DNA of 32,000 bases from Candidatus Nanopusillus acidilobi (GTDB lineage: Archaea > Nanobdellota > Nanobdellia > Nanobdellales > Nanobdellaceae), in assembly GCA_001552015.1 (NCBI GenBank), contig CP010514.1:1-32000 (forward strand), written 5' to 3'. The translations under genes and the position numbers were made by a program. Shown here piece after piece: positions 21,301-29,139 of this stretch; position 1 is the first letter of the stretch, and each line of letters starts with the position of its first letter. The notes beneath the pieces were generated by a model. It worked only from the letters and a program-made list of their open reading frames with translations. It was not told the origin of the DNA and made no database searches.

Positions 21301-21591
21301 TATCTTTAGTTTTTCCTCAACTTTTACTTCAATTGGTAATCCATGCATATCAAAACCAGCCTGATTCCATACATTGAATCCTTTCTTTTGATAATATCTT
21401 AATATAATATCCTTAATTGTTCTATTATATGCATGTCCCATATGTGGAGAACCTGTTGTATATGGAGGACCCTCTAGAAATATATATCTTTTATTTTTCT
21501 CATTCTTTAAAATCCATTTTTCATATATATAATTTTCCTTCCAGAATTTTTTTATCTCTTCTTCTATATTTCTATTCCAATTTATGTTCAT
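18364..21591 (-). CDS. ileS: Isoleucyl-tRNA synthetase
   Basis: FLEGPPYTTGSPHMGHAYNR, CHTSLSKQE, YWGIPIPMW, DVWVDSG, KMSKSLGN. Confidence 0.97.
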   Translation of the reverse strand: MNINWNRNIEEEIKKFWKENYIYEKWILKNEKNKRYIFLEGPPYTTGSPHMGHAYNRTIKDIILRYYQKKGFNVWNQAGFDMHGLPIEVKVEEKLKIKDKREIEKIGVDKFIKECFNFAYGSMNEFTKFYEDMAHWQDIDNPYLPIKNEFIEKIWEALAKGYENNLIYKEKKPVWWCPHCQTSLSKQEIDLGYEDPLYKKEISNAIYVKLKSKDMENTYYIVWTTTPWTLLYNLGIMVNPELKYVKIKVPKMYVGELELDYNNHKIVKMNIKKENDYEYWIVAKDILEKLMSKLNIEYEIVDEFYGKDLEFKEYEPLFYDELKDYIEKLRSERSGLFRIWLSKEYVNTQEGTGLVHSAPGCGFEDYEVAKKYNVPPFNTTDETGTILGIKYFEGWIAKKDDYKFILEVLKRKSLLYFEWYEHDYPICWRCRNRVIVRSPEQIFINISSIKSKALLDLENINFIPEAAKNAFINTVKSAPDWVISRQRYWGIPIPMWVDKNGHVKFVRNVEELEKLTGYKFKEILIVVKFTDYAEKLLQRYFKENKIYYEDEINDVNKLYEVFNKYENKSIVIVNKFEYNILNQINDLYYVRTYGSRDYEIIYLYNYNLHRPYVDKFTFKCEKCGEEMRRIPDILDVWVDSGSATVATDIYPVDFITENYDQIKGWFYSLAMMGELYYNDIPYKNVYVGGYVLDIYGRKMSKSLGNAISPYDIINKYGADTMRLYLGSIVEAYEDIKLKWEDIKVKYQILNTLLNISTYLEEYSKYYNINPAKINVENLRWEDKYMLHFIEKSKKEIYNALDNYLIWKAGRILQDMILELSRFYIKATRERIKKEPDKVLFVIYKSLYNIINIGSIIIPFISEYIYQKLRNLYGLEGESIILEELQKVEEQYIDEKIEEEYKLFNTIVENALKLRNILNINIRRPLKTLYLYKEDGNILFDILNNSDIVELLKDYLNVKEIKIDNVEKDYVNAQSDYGIIKIGFDTKYYPELEEEWLYREIRRRLQDIRKENKLRKGQKANIEIYADEKLLNIIKKYKDMLEEDTDTIIIIKDSNEGLNNVERIYEMNIFYKLNIL

Positions 21592-21657
21592 AGATCCGAT
21601 ATTCTGGCATAATTTTATATATTTAAAATAAGATATATAAGATGTTTTCTTACAATA

Positions 21658-21807
21658 ATGGTTATGAATAGGAAAGATATGATAATATTTGGGATAATAA
21701 TTTTATTAGGAATATTAACTTATATATTAACTTACTCAAAAACATTATCAGTAATACCATTTATAATGGGAATATTTTATTTACTTGAAAGTAAAGAATC
21801 TAAATAA
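21658..21807 (+). CDS. Possible 49-aa membrane protein
   Basis: Manual translation: MVMNRKDMIIFGIIILLGILTYILTYSKTLSVIPFIMGIFYLLESKESK*; two hydrophobic segments; ATG at 21664 is an alternative start. Confidence 0.45.
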   Translation: MVMNRKDMIIFGIIILLGILTYILTYSKTLSVIPFIMGIFYLLESKESK

Positions 21808-21835
21808 ATATAAATGTTTTATTAAAATATTTTGA

Positions 21836-22744
21836 ATGGAGAAGGAAAAAGAAGAAAATAATGAAAGGAAAGAAGGGAAGTTTAATCTTGGTTTGGAAGA
21901 GTCAATAATAATAGGATTTATAGTATTGGCAGTTTCAGTAGTTTTAGGATCATATATTGTAGCAAATTCAATATCAAATATAAAAATATATGGATCATCT
22001 AGTAGTTCTTCAAGTCAATTGCAAACATATTTGCAAACATTACAGCAGGTTCCATTACCAAATATTACAAATATAGATCCAGTATATGGAAATCCAAATA
22101 ATGTAAATGTTATTGTATATGAATTCTCAGATTATGCATGTCCATATTGTGATCTATTTTATTTACAAACATTTCCACAAATTGAGCAAAATTATATAGA
22201 TAATGGAAAAATAGCATGGGTATATATTGTTTTCCCATTATATCAAATACATCCATATGCAAATATATCATCACAATATTTAACATGTGTATATGAATTA
22301 TATGGATTTAATACATGGGAAGAATTTGCAAATTGGAGCTGGTATAATCAAATGCAAAATATATCATGGGATACTTTGTCAAGTCAACAAGATGTATATA
22401 ATGTATTTAATGAAGAAGCTCAGGCTTTGGGATTAAATGTTAATGAAATAGATTCTTGTGTAAATAGTTCGGAATATTATTATCAAATATATAATCAGGA
22501 AAATTATGATATGAATACATATGGAATTGGAGGAACTCCATCATTTATAATAGCTGTAAAAACATCTTCTATTACATTTCAAACAGTTCAACAGGTTAAT
22601 AGTGTATTAAATCAATTAAAGCAATATGGATTAAGTCCTTCAGTTTATACAACTCCAGATTATAGTTATATAATGTTTGAGTTTGCAGGGGCTTTACCAT
22701 ATAATTTCTTTAATAGTGTATTACAGCCTTTAGTATCTGGCTGA
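21836..22744 (+). CDS. Membrane-anchored DsbA-like thioredoxin-fold protein
   Basis: N-terminal TM, VIVYEFSDYACPYCDLFYLQTFP (CPYC active site), GIGGTPSFIIAV (cis-Pro region). Confidence 0.87.
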   Translation: MEKEKEENNERKEGKFNLGLEESIIIGFIVLAVSVVLGSYIVANSISNIKIYGSSSSSSSQLQTYLQTLQQVPLPNITNIDPVYGNPNNVNVIVYEFSDYACPYCDLFYLQTFPQIEQNYIDNGKIAWVYIVFPLYQIHPYANISSQYLTCVYELYGFNTWEEFANWSWYNQMQNISWDTLSSQQDVYNVFNEEAQALGLNVNEIDSCVNSSEYYYQIYNQENYDMNTYGIGGTPSFIIAVKTSSITFQTVQQVNSVLNQLKQYGLSPSVYTTPDYSYIMFEFAGALPYNFFNSVLQPLVSG

Positions 22745-22779
22745 ATTATATATAAATTTTTTTATAAATATAATCTTAA

Positions 22780-24111
22780 ATGGCAAGAGAAAAACCACAT
22801 ATTAATTTGGTAGTAGTAGGGCATGTAGATAATGGAAAATCAACATTAGTAGGAAGGCTAATGGTATCTTTGAATTTAATAGATCAGAAAGTATTAGAAG
22901 AATTAAAAAATGTAGCAAAGGAATTTGGAAAGGAATCAGAATATTTAGCATTCTTATTAGATAAATCAATAGAAGAAAGAAAGAGAGGAGTAACAATTGA
23001 TGTAGCTGCAATTAAAATACCTGCAAAGAAATATGTATTAACAATATTGGATGCTCCAGGTCATAGAGACTTTATAAAGAATATGATTAGTGGTACTGCT
23101 CAATCTGATGCTGCAATATTAGTTGTTTCTGCAGCGCCTGGTGAAGCAGAAACAGCGTTGGGTCCAGAAGGACAGGGAAGAGAGCATTTATTATTATTAA
23201 GAACATTGGGAATTCCACAAGTTATTATTGCGGTATCAAAGATGGATGCTGTAAATTATGATCAAAAGAGATATGAACAAGTAAAGAATATGGTATTAAC
23301 ATTGGCAAAACAAATTGGTTATACTGAAAAACAAATAAAAGCAATTGTTCCAATTGCTGCATTCTTATCAGATGAAAATGTAACACAAAAATCACAAAAA
23401 ATGCCATGGTATAATGGTCCAACGATATATGAAGCATTTGATATGTTGGATGAACCTCCAAGATTGGTAGATAAACCATTAAGGATCCCAATTGGTGATG
23501 TATATAATATTAAAGGTGTAGGACTTGTACCAACTGGAAAGGTAGAATCTGGAAGATTAAAACCTGGTGATAGAGTAATATTCTTACCATCAAAGAAACC
23601 AAATGGTGTTGTAGGTGAAGTAAAATCAATAGAAATGCATCATGAAAGATTAGATGAAGCATTACCAGGAGATAATATTGGATTTAACGTTAAAGGACCT
23701 GAAAGCGGTGATATATTAAGGGGAGATGTATGTGGAAAATTGGGAGAAGCATTACCAAAATTAGCAGAAGAATTTACTGCAAGAATTTATGTATTATATC
23801 ATCCATCTGCAATTGCTGTAGGATATACACCAGTAATACATATACATACTGCAGCAGTAGCATGTAAAATTGTAGAAATACAATCAAAAATAGATCCAAG
23901 AACTGGACAGGAAGTTGAAAAGAATCCACAATTCTTAAAGACAGGAGATGCAGCAATTGTAAAGTTTGTACCAACAAAACCATTAATAGTAGAAAGATTT
24001 GAAGATTTCCCAAACACATCTTTGGGAAGATTTGCAATTAGAGATATGAATAAAACAATTGGAATTGGACAGGTATTAAGTGTAAAAGAAAAGCAGGTAC
24101 AATTAAAGTAA
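22780..24111 (+). CDS. tuf: Translation elongation factor EF-1alpha
   Basis: NLVVVGHVDNGKSTLVGRLM, RGVTIDVAAIKI, DAPGHRDFIKNMI, VSKMDAV. Confidence 0.97.
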   Translation: MAREKPHINLVVVGHVDNGKSTLVGRLMVSLNLIDQKVLEELKNVAKEFGKESEYLAFLLDKSIEERKRGVTIDVAAIKIPAKKYVLTILDAPGHRDFIKNMISGTAQSDAAILVVSAAPGEAETALGPEGQGREHLLLLRTLGIPQVIIAVSKMDAVNYDQKRYEQVKNMVLTLAKQIGYTEKQIKAIVPIAAFLSDENVTQKSQKMPWYNGPTIYEAFDMLDEPPRLVDKPLRIPIGDVYNIKGVGLVPTGKVESGRLKPGDRVIFLPSKKPNGVVGEVKSIEMHHERLDEALPGDNIGFNVKGPESGDILRGDVCGKLGEALPKLAEEFTARIYVLYHPSAIAVGYTPVIHIHTAAVACKIVEIQSKIDPRTGQEVEKNPQFLKTGDAAIVKFVPTKPLIVERFEDFPNTSLGRFAIRDMNKTIGIGQVLSVKEKQVQLK

Positions 24112-24151
24112 ATTTTTTAATTTTATTTTAAATAATTATAAAAATTTTATT

Positions 24152-24190
24152 GGCCTGAGGGATTCGAATCCCGAACCACTGGGTCTCAGA
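24152..24190 (-). other. tRNA-3'-end-like fragment (pseudo-tRNA, split-tRNA 3' half, or attachment-site remnant)
   Basis: Minus strand reads CTGAGACCCAGTGGTTCGGGATTCGAATCCCTCAGGCC followed by A; T-arm-like GGGATTCGAATCCC, but geometry is not canonical and I find no 5' half nearby. Confidence 0.4.
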
Positions 24191-24328
24191 GAAGTTAAAT
24201 AAACGATGTATTGTTAAATGTCAAATGTTCAACATTAGATCAAACAATAGAGAAAGGATTAGTAAAATGAAATAAAGTGAAAAATCTACTGCGCATAAGA
24301 TGTTAAAGCATTAAAGTCCCAAGTTTAA

Positions 24329-24448
24329 TTATGCATGAGGTATTCTATGTACTTTCAAATGACTTAGAGATCTAATCTTTCGAATTATTTGTTTTAATTT
24401 ATATTTCTCTAGAATTGGTCTTATTTCTATGATATAACTATTTCTCAT
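24329..24448 (-). other. Short ORF (39 aa), possible decayed gene piece
   Basis: Manual translation: MRNSYIIEIRPILEKYKLKQIIRKIRSLSHLKVHRIPHA*; basic; no recognised family. Confidence 0.2.
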
Positions 24449-24481
24449 TATATTTTTATATTTCTCTTATTATTAAAAAGG

Positions 24482-24501
24482 GAGTGTTCTCATGTAGTCA
24501 T
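24482..24501. repeat. Copy 1 of 20-nt direct repeat GAGTGTTCTCATGTAGTCAT
   Basis: 19/20 identical to 26172-26191, same orientation. Confidence 0.75.
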
Positions 24502-24525
24502 CCTATTCGATATTGAATAATAAAA

Positions 24526-24618
24526 TTATATTATACTCTTTGCTAACAATTCAGCAGCAATTGTAAAGCCTATAAATATCCCTACAAATTCAAGCCAGAA
24601 AAGAATTATTAGTGTATG
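24526..24618 (-). pseudogene. Candidate remnant of a membrane-protein C-terminus
   Basis: Minus strand encodes, with no start codon and directly after a TGA, EHTLIILFWLEFVGIFIGFTIAAELLAKSII*. Confidence 0.25.
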
Positions 24619-24698
24619 TTCTCAGATAATAACCTATAAGCTTAAACTTAGCTATTAACAATTAATTAAAGTAAAGAGAGAGGAAAGTTGATAAAAGT

Positions 24699-26135
24699 TT
24701 ATTGACTATGACTTTGATCTACCTGTACCAACTGAGCTCTAGCCTCCTTACCTCTTAATGCAGATAAAACTAGTGCAACAGCTAATATTCCTAACGATAC
24801 GTAAAAAGCTGACTTTAAACCTGTTAAGAAAGAACTGGCCACACCACCTATTAAATTTGTAGTTCCCAGGAACACTTCAAATGCAACATATCTAGGAACA
24901 GTCGCAGAGGATACACTTATTGCTATAACGTAACTTAAAAGAGTCCCTATATTTGATAAAGTTCTGGCTAAGCCAGAAGCACCGCCATAAAATCCTCTGG
25001 GTGCATTAGCCATTATAGCGCTATTATTAGCTGGGAAGAATAGAGAAGAACCTAAACCGCCTATTGTTGAAGCGATTATAATAATGTATAAAGGAGTACT
25101 GATTGAAAGGTGTAAATATATGAAAATAGCTAACATCATTAAAGTTAACCCAATTGTAGCAGGTATTCTAGCACCTATCTTATCTGATAATCTTCCGGTA
25201 AATGGTGAAACTAAACCGGCTAAAACATAACCTGGAACTAATAGTAAGGATGCGTTGAAAGGCGATAAACCTCTAATCCCTTGAAGATACATTATTATAA
25301 TGAATGCCGTGGCTAAATAACCCGTTGTTTGAAGAAATGACGCGAATAGAGAATAAGTAAATACCCTGCTTGCTTTAAAAGCTTTCAGATCTATTATAGG
25401 AAACTGCTGTCTCCTTTCAACCAATATAAATCCTAATAATATAATTAAACCGGCAGAGATTAAGTAAATGTTTAATAACCTCACCCCTTCCCCTGCAATA
25501 TCAGCAGCTCCATAGGATATTAAGGATAGTGAAGCCAATAAACTTAGCATACCTATAATATCCAGTTTAGTATTTCTTCTTTCCAGATCTTTTATATATC
25601 TTAATCCCAATATTATAGCAACGATTCCTATTGGAACGTTAATATAAAATATATATCTCCAGCCTACGAAAGTTGTTATAAAACCTCCTAAAACTATCCC
25701 TAAAGTAGCTCCAGCGTTCCAACCTATTGAAGTATATCCATAAGCTTTACCCCTTTGATTTGGAGGAAATATATCAGCAATTATAGCCCCAGAATTAGAT
25801 TGCATCATTGCAGCCCCCAACCCTTGAACTCCCCTAAATGCTACTAGGGAAATTGCATTAGGAGAGGCTCCACAGAGAATTGAACCTATTGTAAATATTG
25901 CAAATCCTAAATTATAAAAGCGAGACCTACCGTAAATATCACCTAATCTACCTAACTGAGTTGTAAAGACCGCTATAACTAGAAGGTAAAGTATGATAAC
26001 CCAAATAATTACGTAAAGGTTAGTATGCAATTCTTGAGCGATAGATGGAATCGCTAAGATTACAATGGTTGTATCCACAGCCGACATTAACGTTCCTAAA
26101 ACGATGACCAGCAACGCTAAGTTATTTGAATTCAT
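24699..26135 (-). CDS. MFS drug/solute exporter, DHA2-like (14-TM)
   Basis: [66 protein letters not shown]; 478 aa with many TM segments. Confidence 0.93.
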   Translation of the reverse strand: MNSNNLALLVIVLGTLMSAVDTTIVILAIPSIAQELHTNLYVIIWVIILYLLVIAVFTTQLGRLGDIYGRSRFYNLGFAIFTIGSILCGASPNAISLVAFRGVQGLGAAMMQSNSGAIIADIFPPNQRGKAYGYTSIGWNAGATLGIVLGGFITTFVGWRYIFYINVPIGIVAIILGLRYIKDLERRNTKLDIIGMLSLLASLSLISYGAADIAGEGVRLLNIYLISAGLIILLGFILVERRQQFPIIDLKAFKASRVFTYSLFASFLQTTGYLATAFIIIMYLQGIRGLSPFNASLLLVPGYVLAGLVSPFTGRLSDKIGARIPATIGLTLMMLAIFIYLHLSISTPLYIIIIASTIGGLGSSLFFPANNSAIMANAPRGFYGGASGLARTLSNIGTLLSYVIAISVSSATVPRYVAFEVFLGTTNLIGGVASSFLTGLKSAFYVSLGILAVALVLSALRGKEARAQLVQVDQSHSQ

Positions 26136-26171
26136 AATTAATTGTTAGACAATTAACTATTTATTTTTTCT

Positions 26172-26191
26172 GAGTGCTCTCATGTAGTCAT
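26172..26191. repeat. Copy 2 of 20-nt direct repeat GAGTGCTCTCATGTAGTCAT
   Basis: 19/20 identical to 24482-24501, same orientation. Confidence 0.75.
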
Positions 26192-26362
26192 ATCTCTCAA
26201 GTAAGCATCATTCAAATGTGTCTTCTCCCCTCGAATAAATTACTGGATGCATGACATTAAGTAGGGCCTGTTAATAATATTAGGGTGTTAAATAAAAATT
26301 TGTTGTGCGTTCAATTTATGTCTTTATATAGAGAATGAAAATCCCTTCAATTAAACTATTAA

Positions 26363-26452
26363 TGGGCCCGAGGGGACTCGAACCCCTGACCTCCGGCTTT
26401 CTTAGGAGCGTAGCCTTATAAGGCCGGCGCTCCACCTCTGAGCTACGGGCCC
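26363..26452 (-). tRNA. tRNA-Ile(UAU) with an 18-nt canonical intron (intron 26399-26416)
   Basis: Exon 1 GGGCCCGTAGCTCAGAGGTGGAGCGCCGGCCTTATA, intron AGGCTACGCTCCTAAGAA, exon 2 AGCCGGAGGTCAGGGGTTCGAGTCCCCTCGGGCCCA. All stems pair and the mature loop is CTTATAA. Strict BHB: CTTA/TAAG helix between 3-nt bulges TAA and AAA. Confidence 0.9.
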
Positions 26453-26521
26453 TTATACATAATTTCACTTATTAATTTTTTTATGTCTTTTCTTATATGC
26501 GTTTTTTCTAATATAATATAT

Positions 26522-28522
26522 ATGGATGATACAAAGGAAGTTGAAATTTTGGATGCTGGATTTTTAGGACAAATTTTTGATGCTTCAAAAGAAGAAATTG
26601 AAAAATTTATTAAGGAAGAAGAAAAATCTATTGTATTAGATTATGAGAAAATAAAATCATATTTAAATAATAAACAATTAGATCTCCTATTAAATAAAAC
26701 AGAAAGTTTTCTAGAACAACTTAGTATATATTTTTCTGAAAGATTAGAGAGAAAGGTAAAGATAAGAATAAAAAACCTTCCTGAAAGTTTGAGATATTTA
26801 AGGATAAGGGATATTAGATCTGAACATAAGGATAAATTAATACAGGTTGAGGGTATAATAAAAATATCTTCAGAAGTAAGGCCTTTTATTATAAAAACAA
26901 AATATTTACATGAAGATTGTGGTGGAGAATTTTGGGTTGAAAATAAGAATTTTGTAATAGAAAAACCAAAGAAATGTCCTGTATGTGGTGGTACAAAGGG
27001 AAAATTTATTGAAACAGATCATGAAACAATAGATGTACAAAGATTATTAATTGAAGAACCTGCAGATCAAATTGAAAAAGGAGAACAACCTGCTCAAATT
27101 ACTGTAATATTAAAGGAAGACTTATGTGAACCTAGGATGGAAAGGAAAACATTACCTGGAATAAGGGTTAAAATATATGGAATTGTAAAAGAATTAAAAA
27201 ATTCAAATTTTAAAGCGATATTGGATTTATATATAGATGCAATTTATATTGAACCTGTAGATAAAGATGTTGAAGATATATCAATATCTCCAGAAGATGA
27301 AAGAAAAATAAAAGAATTGGCAAAATCTGCAGATGTATTAAGTTTGATTGCAAGTTCTGTTGCTCCAGGTTTATATGGAAAGCATTATGAAATAATTAAA
27401 AAAGCAATTGCATTACAATTGGTATCTGGTGGAAAAAGAAAAAGAAGTGTTGATGAAAGAAAAAATATACACATATTAATTTTAGGAGATCCTGGTGTAG
27501 GAAAATCAAAATTATTAAGATATGTATCAGAAATTGCTCCAAAATCAAAATATGTAGTTGGAATAACATCATCTTCTGTAGGTTTAACTGCATCTGTTAG
27601 AAAAGATGAAATATTTAAAGGTGGATGGGTATTGGAAGCTGGAGCTCTGGTATTAACTTCTGGAGGACTTGTATGTATTGATGAACTTGATAAATTATCT
27701 ACAGAGGAATTGCAATCTTTACATGAAGCAATGGAACAACAAACAATAACAATTGATAAAGCAAATATTCATGCAACATTGAGAACGGAAACATCAATTT
27801 TGGCAGCTGCGAATCCAAAATTTGGAAGATGGGATAAGATGAAAAGTATAGTTGATCAAATAGATTTACCACCAACAATAATTAATAGATTTGATTTAAT
27901 ATTTGTTCTTATAGATGAACCAAATCCTCAACAGGATGAGGCAATTGTTGATGAACTATTGAAAGGTTTGAAAGAAGAAAAGAAAGCACCATTGGATAAA
28001 GATCTATTAAGAAAATATATAATATATGCAAAGAAAATTGAACCTCAATGGACAACTGCAGCTTTAGATATTGTAAAGGATTTCTATATAAAGTTAAGAT
28101 CTAGTTCTGGGGAAGATACAATACCAATAACTACAAGACAATTAATGTCAATAATAAGAATAGCTGAAGCTTCTGCAAAAATAAGATTATCTCCAGTAGT
28201 TACTGAAGATGATGTAAATCTTGCAAAAGAATTATTATTATATAGTTTGAAAGAAGTTGGAATAAATCCAGAAACTAATAGATTAGATATAGATATAATA
28301 ATGTCTGGAATTTCTTCTACACAAAGACAAAAACTATCAAAGGTATTGGATATAATAAAAGATTTACAAAAAGATTTTCCTGATGGCGTTCCATTAAATG
28401 AAATATTAAATGAATCTAAGAAATATAATTTGGAAGAAGAAAAAGTAAAAGAAACAATTGAGAAATTATTAAAGGAAGGATATATATATGAATCTGGAGA
28501 TAAGAAATATAAAGCTGTATAA
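26522..28522 (+). CDS. mcm: Replicative helicase MCM
   Basis: ILILGDPGVGKSKLLRYVSEIAP, GLTASVRKDE, GGLVCIDELDKL, FDLIFVL; C-terminal wHTH. Track ORF starts at 26483; ATG at 26522 begins the MCM-like N-terminus (MDDTKEVEILDAG). Confidence 0.95.
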   Translation: MDDTKEVEILDAGFLGQIFDASKEEIEKFIKEEEKSIVLDYEKIKSYLNNKQLDLLLNKTESFLEQLSIYFSERLERKVKIRIKNLPESLRYLRIRDIRSEHKDKLIQVEGIIKISSEVRPFIIKTKYLHEDCGGEFWVENKNFVIEKPKKCPVCGGTKGKFIETDHETIDVQRLLIEEPADQIEKGEQPAQITVILKEDLCEPRMERKTLPGIRVKIYGIVKELKNSNFKAILDLYIDAIYIEPVDKDVEDISISPEDERKIKELAKSADVLSLIASSVAPGLYGKHYEIIKKAIALQLVSGGKRKRSVDERKNIHILILGDPGVGKSKLLRYVSEIAPKSKYVVGITSSSVGLTASVRKDEIFKGGWVLEAGALVLTSGGLVCIDELDKLSTEELQSLHEAMEQQTITIDKANIHATLRTETSILAAANPKFGRWDKMKSIVDQIDLPPTIINRFDLIFVLIDEPNPQQDEAIVDELLKGLKEEKKAPLDKDLLRKYIIYAKKIEPQWTTAALDIVKDFYIKLRSSSGEDTIPITTRQLMSIIRIAEASAKIRLSPVVTEDDVNLAKELLLYSLKEVGINPETNRLDIDIIMSGISSTQRQKLSKVLDIIKDLQKDFPDGVPLNEILNESKKYNLEEEKVKETIEKLLKEGYIYESGDKKYKAV

Positions 28523-28524
28523 AT

Positions 28525-29139
28525 ATGTATTTGCCAATATTTTCAAAAGATTTAAAGAATTATAAAGATAAAAAAGTAAGTTTAATTGGAAAAGTAATAG
28601 ATATACAAGAAGAAAAGAAATTAATTAGACTAAAATTATTAGATACATTCGGATTTTTTGATGTTGTTTTATTTGATATATATAATATTAAATTATTTGA
28701 TACTTTACTAATTTTAGGAAATGTTTCAGAATATAATAATAATTTTTCTGTAATTGCAAGATATGTAAGTATATTAAATGAAGATGATGAAATTATATGG
28801 AGAAAATTTTTCATTAAAAAAATGAAAAGAAATATAAAGAAAAATAATAAAGAAAATAAAATGGAAGAAAAAGATAGTGATGAGGATAATGTGAAAGAAA
28901 AAGAAGTAAAAAAAGAAATAGATAAGGAAGAATATGAAGAAGAATTACCTGAGGAAGTAAAATTAAGAAAACAAATTTTAGAATATATAAGAAATAATGA
29001 TAAAGGTGATGGAGTATCTTTAAAAGACATAGAAGATTTCTTTGATATAAGCGAAGAAAAGTTATCAAATATTATAATGGATTTATTATCTGCTGGAGAG
29101 ATTTATGAATCTTCGCCAGAAAAATATAAAGTTATATGA
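28525..29139 (+). CDS. OB-fold protein with C-terminal winged helix (RPA32/SSB-like)
   Basis: N-terminal OB-like KVSLIGKVIDIQEEKKLIRLKLLDTFGFFDVVLFD, acidic/Lys linker, C-terminal wHTH LRKQILEYIRNNDKGDGVSLKDIEDFF...LLSAGEIYES. Confidence 0.55.
   Translation: MYLPIFSKDLKNYKDKKVSLIGKVIDIQEEKKLIRLKLLDTFGFFDVVLFDIYNIKLFDTLLILGNVSEYNNNFSVIARYVSILNEDDEIIWRKFFIKKMKRNIKKNNKENKMEEKDSDEDNVKEKEVKKEIDKEEYEEELPEEVKLRKQILEYIRNNDKGDGVSLKDIEDFFDISEEKLSNIIMDLLSAGEIYESSPEKYKVI

Larger units (their letters stand above)
24152..26362. mobile_element. Foreign island carrying an MFS exporter, inserted between EF-1alpha and tRNA-Ile
   Basis: Richer in G/C and different codon choice (CTA, CTC, GCC) than the ATA/TTA/AAA-rich flanks; unusually long intergenic stretches; tRNA-like sequences at both ends in the same orientation; repeated 20-mer inside. 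No intact integrase or transposase. Confidence 0.55.

Noticed and set aside
22802-24037. Minus-strand ORFs opposite EF-1alpha
   Set aside because: Leu/Phe/His-rich shadow ORFs of a highly conserved gene.
24152-24190. Annotating this as a functional complete tRNA
   Set aside because: No matching 5' acceptor/D-arm found within the next ~500 nt, and T-arm spacing is non-canonical.
26483-26521. Upstream extension of MCM (MSFLICVFSNIIY)
   Set aside because: Hydrophobic extension lies in the promoter-like A/T region; ATG at 26522 gives the expected MCM N-terminus.
27400-27900. Possible intein in MCM (a frequent archaeal insertion site); the P-loops of EF-1alpha and ABCE1 were also checked
   Set aside because: Walker motifs and flanking sequence are continuous with no Cys/Ser...HN insertion.
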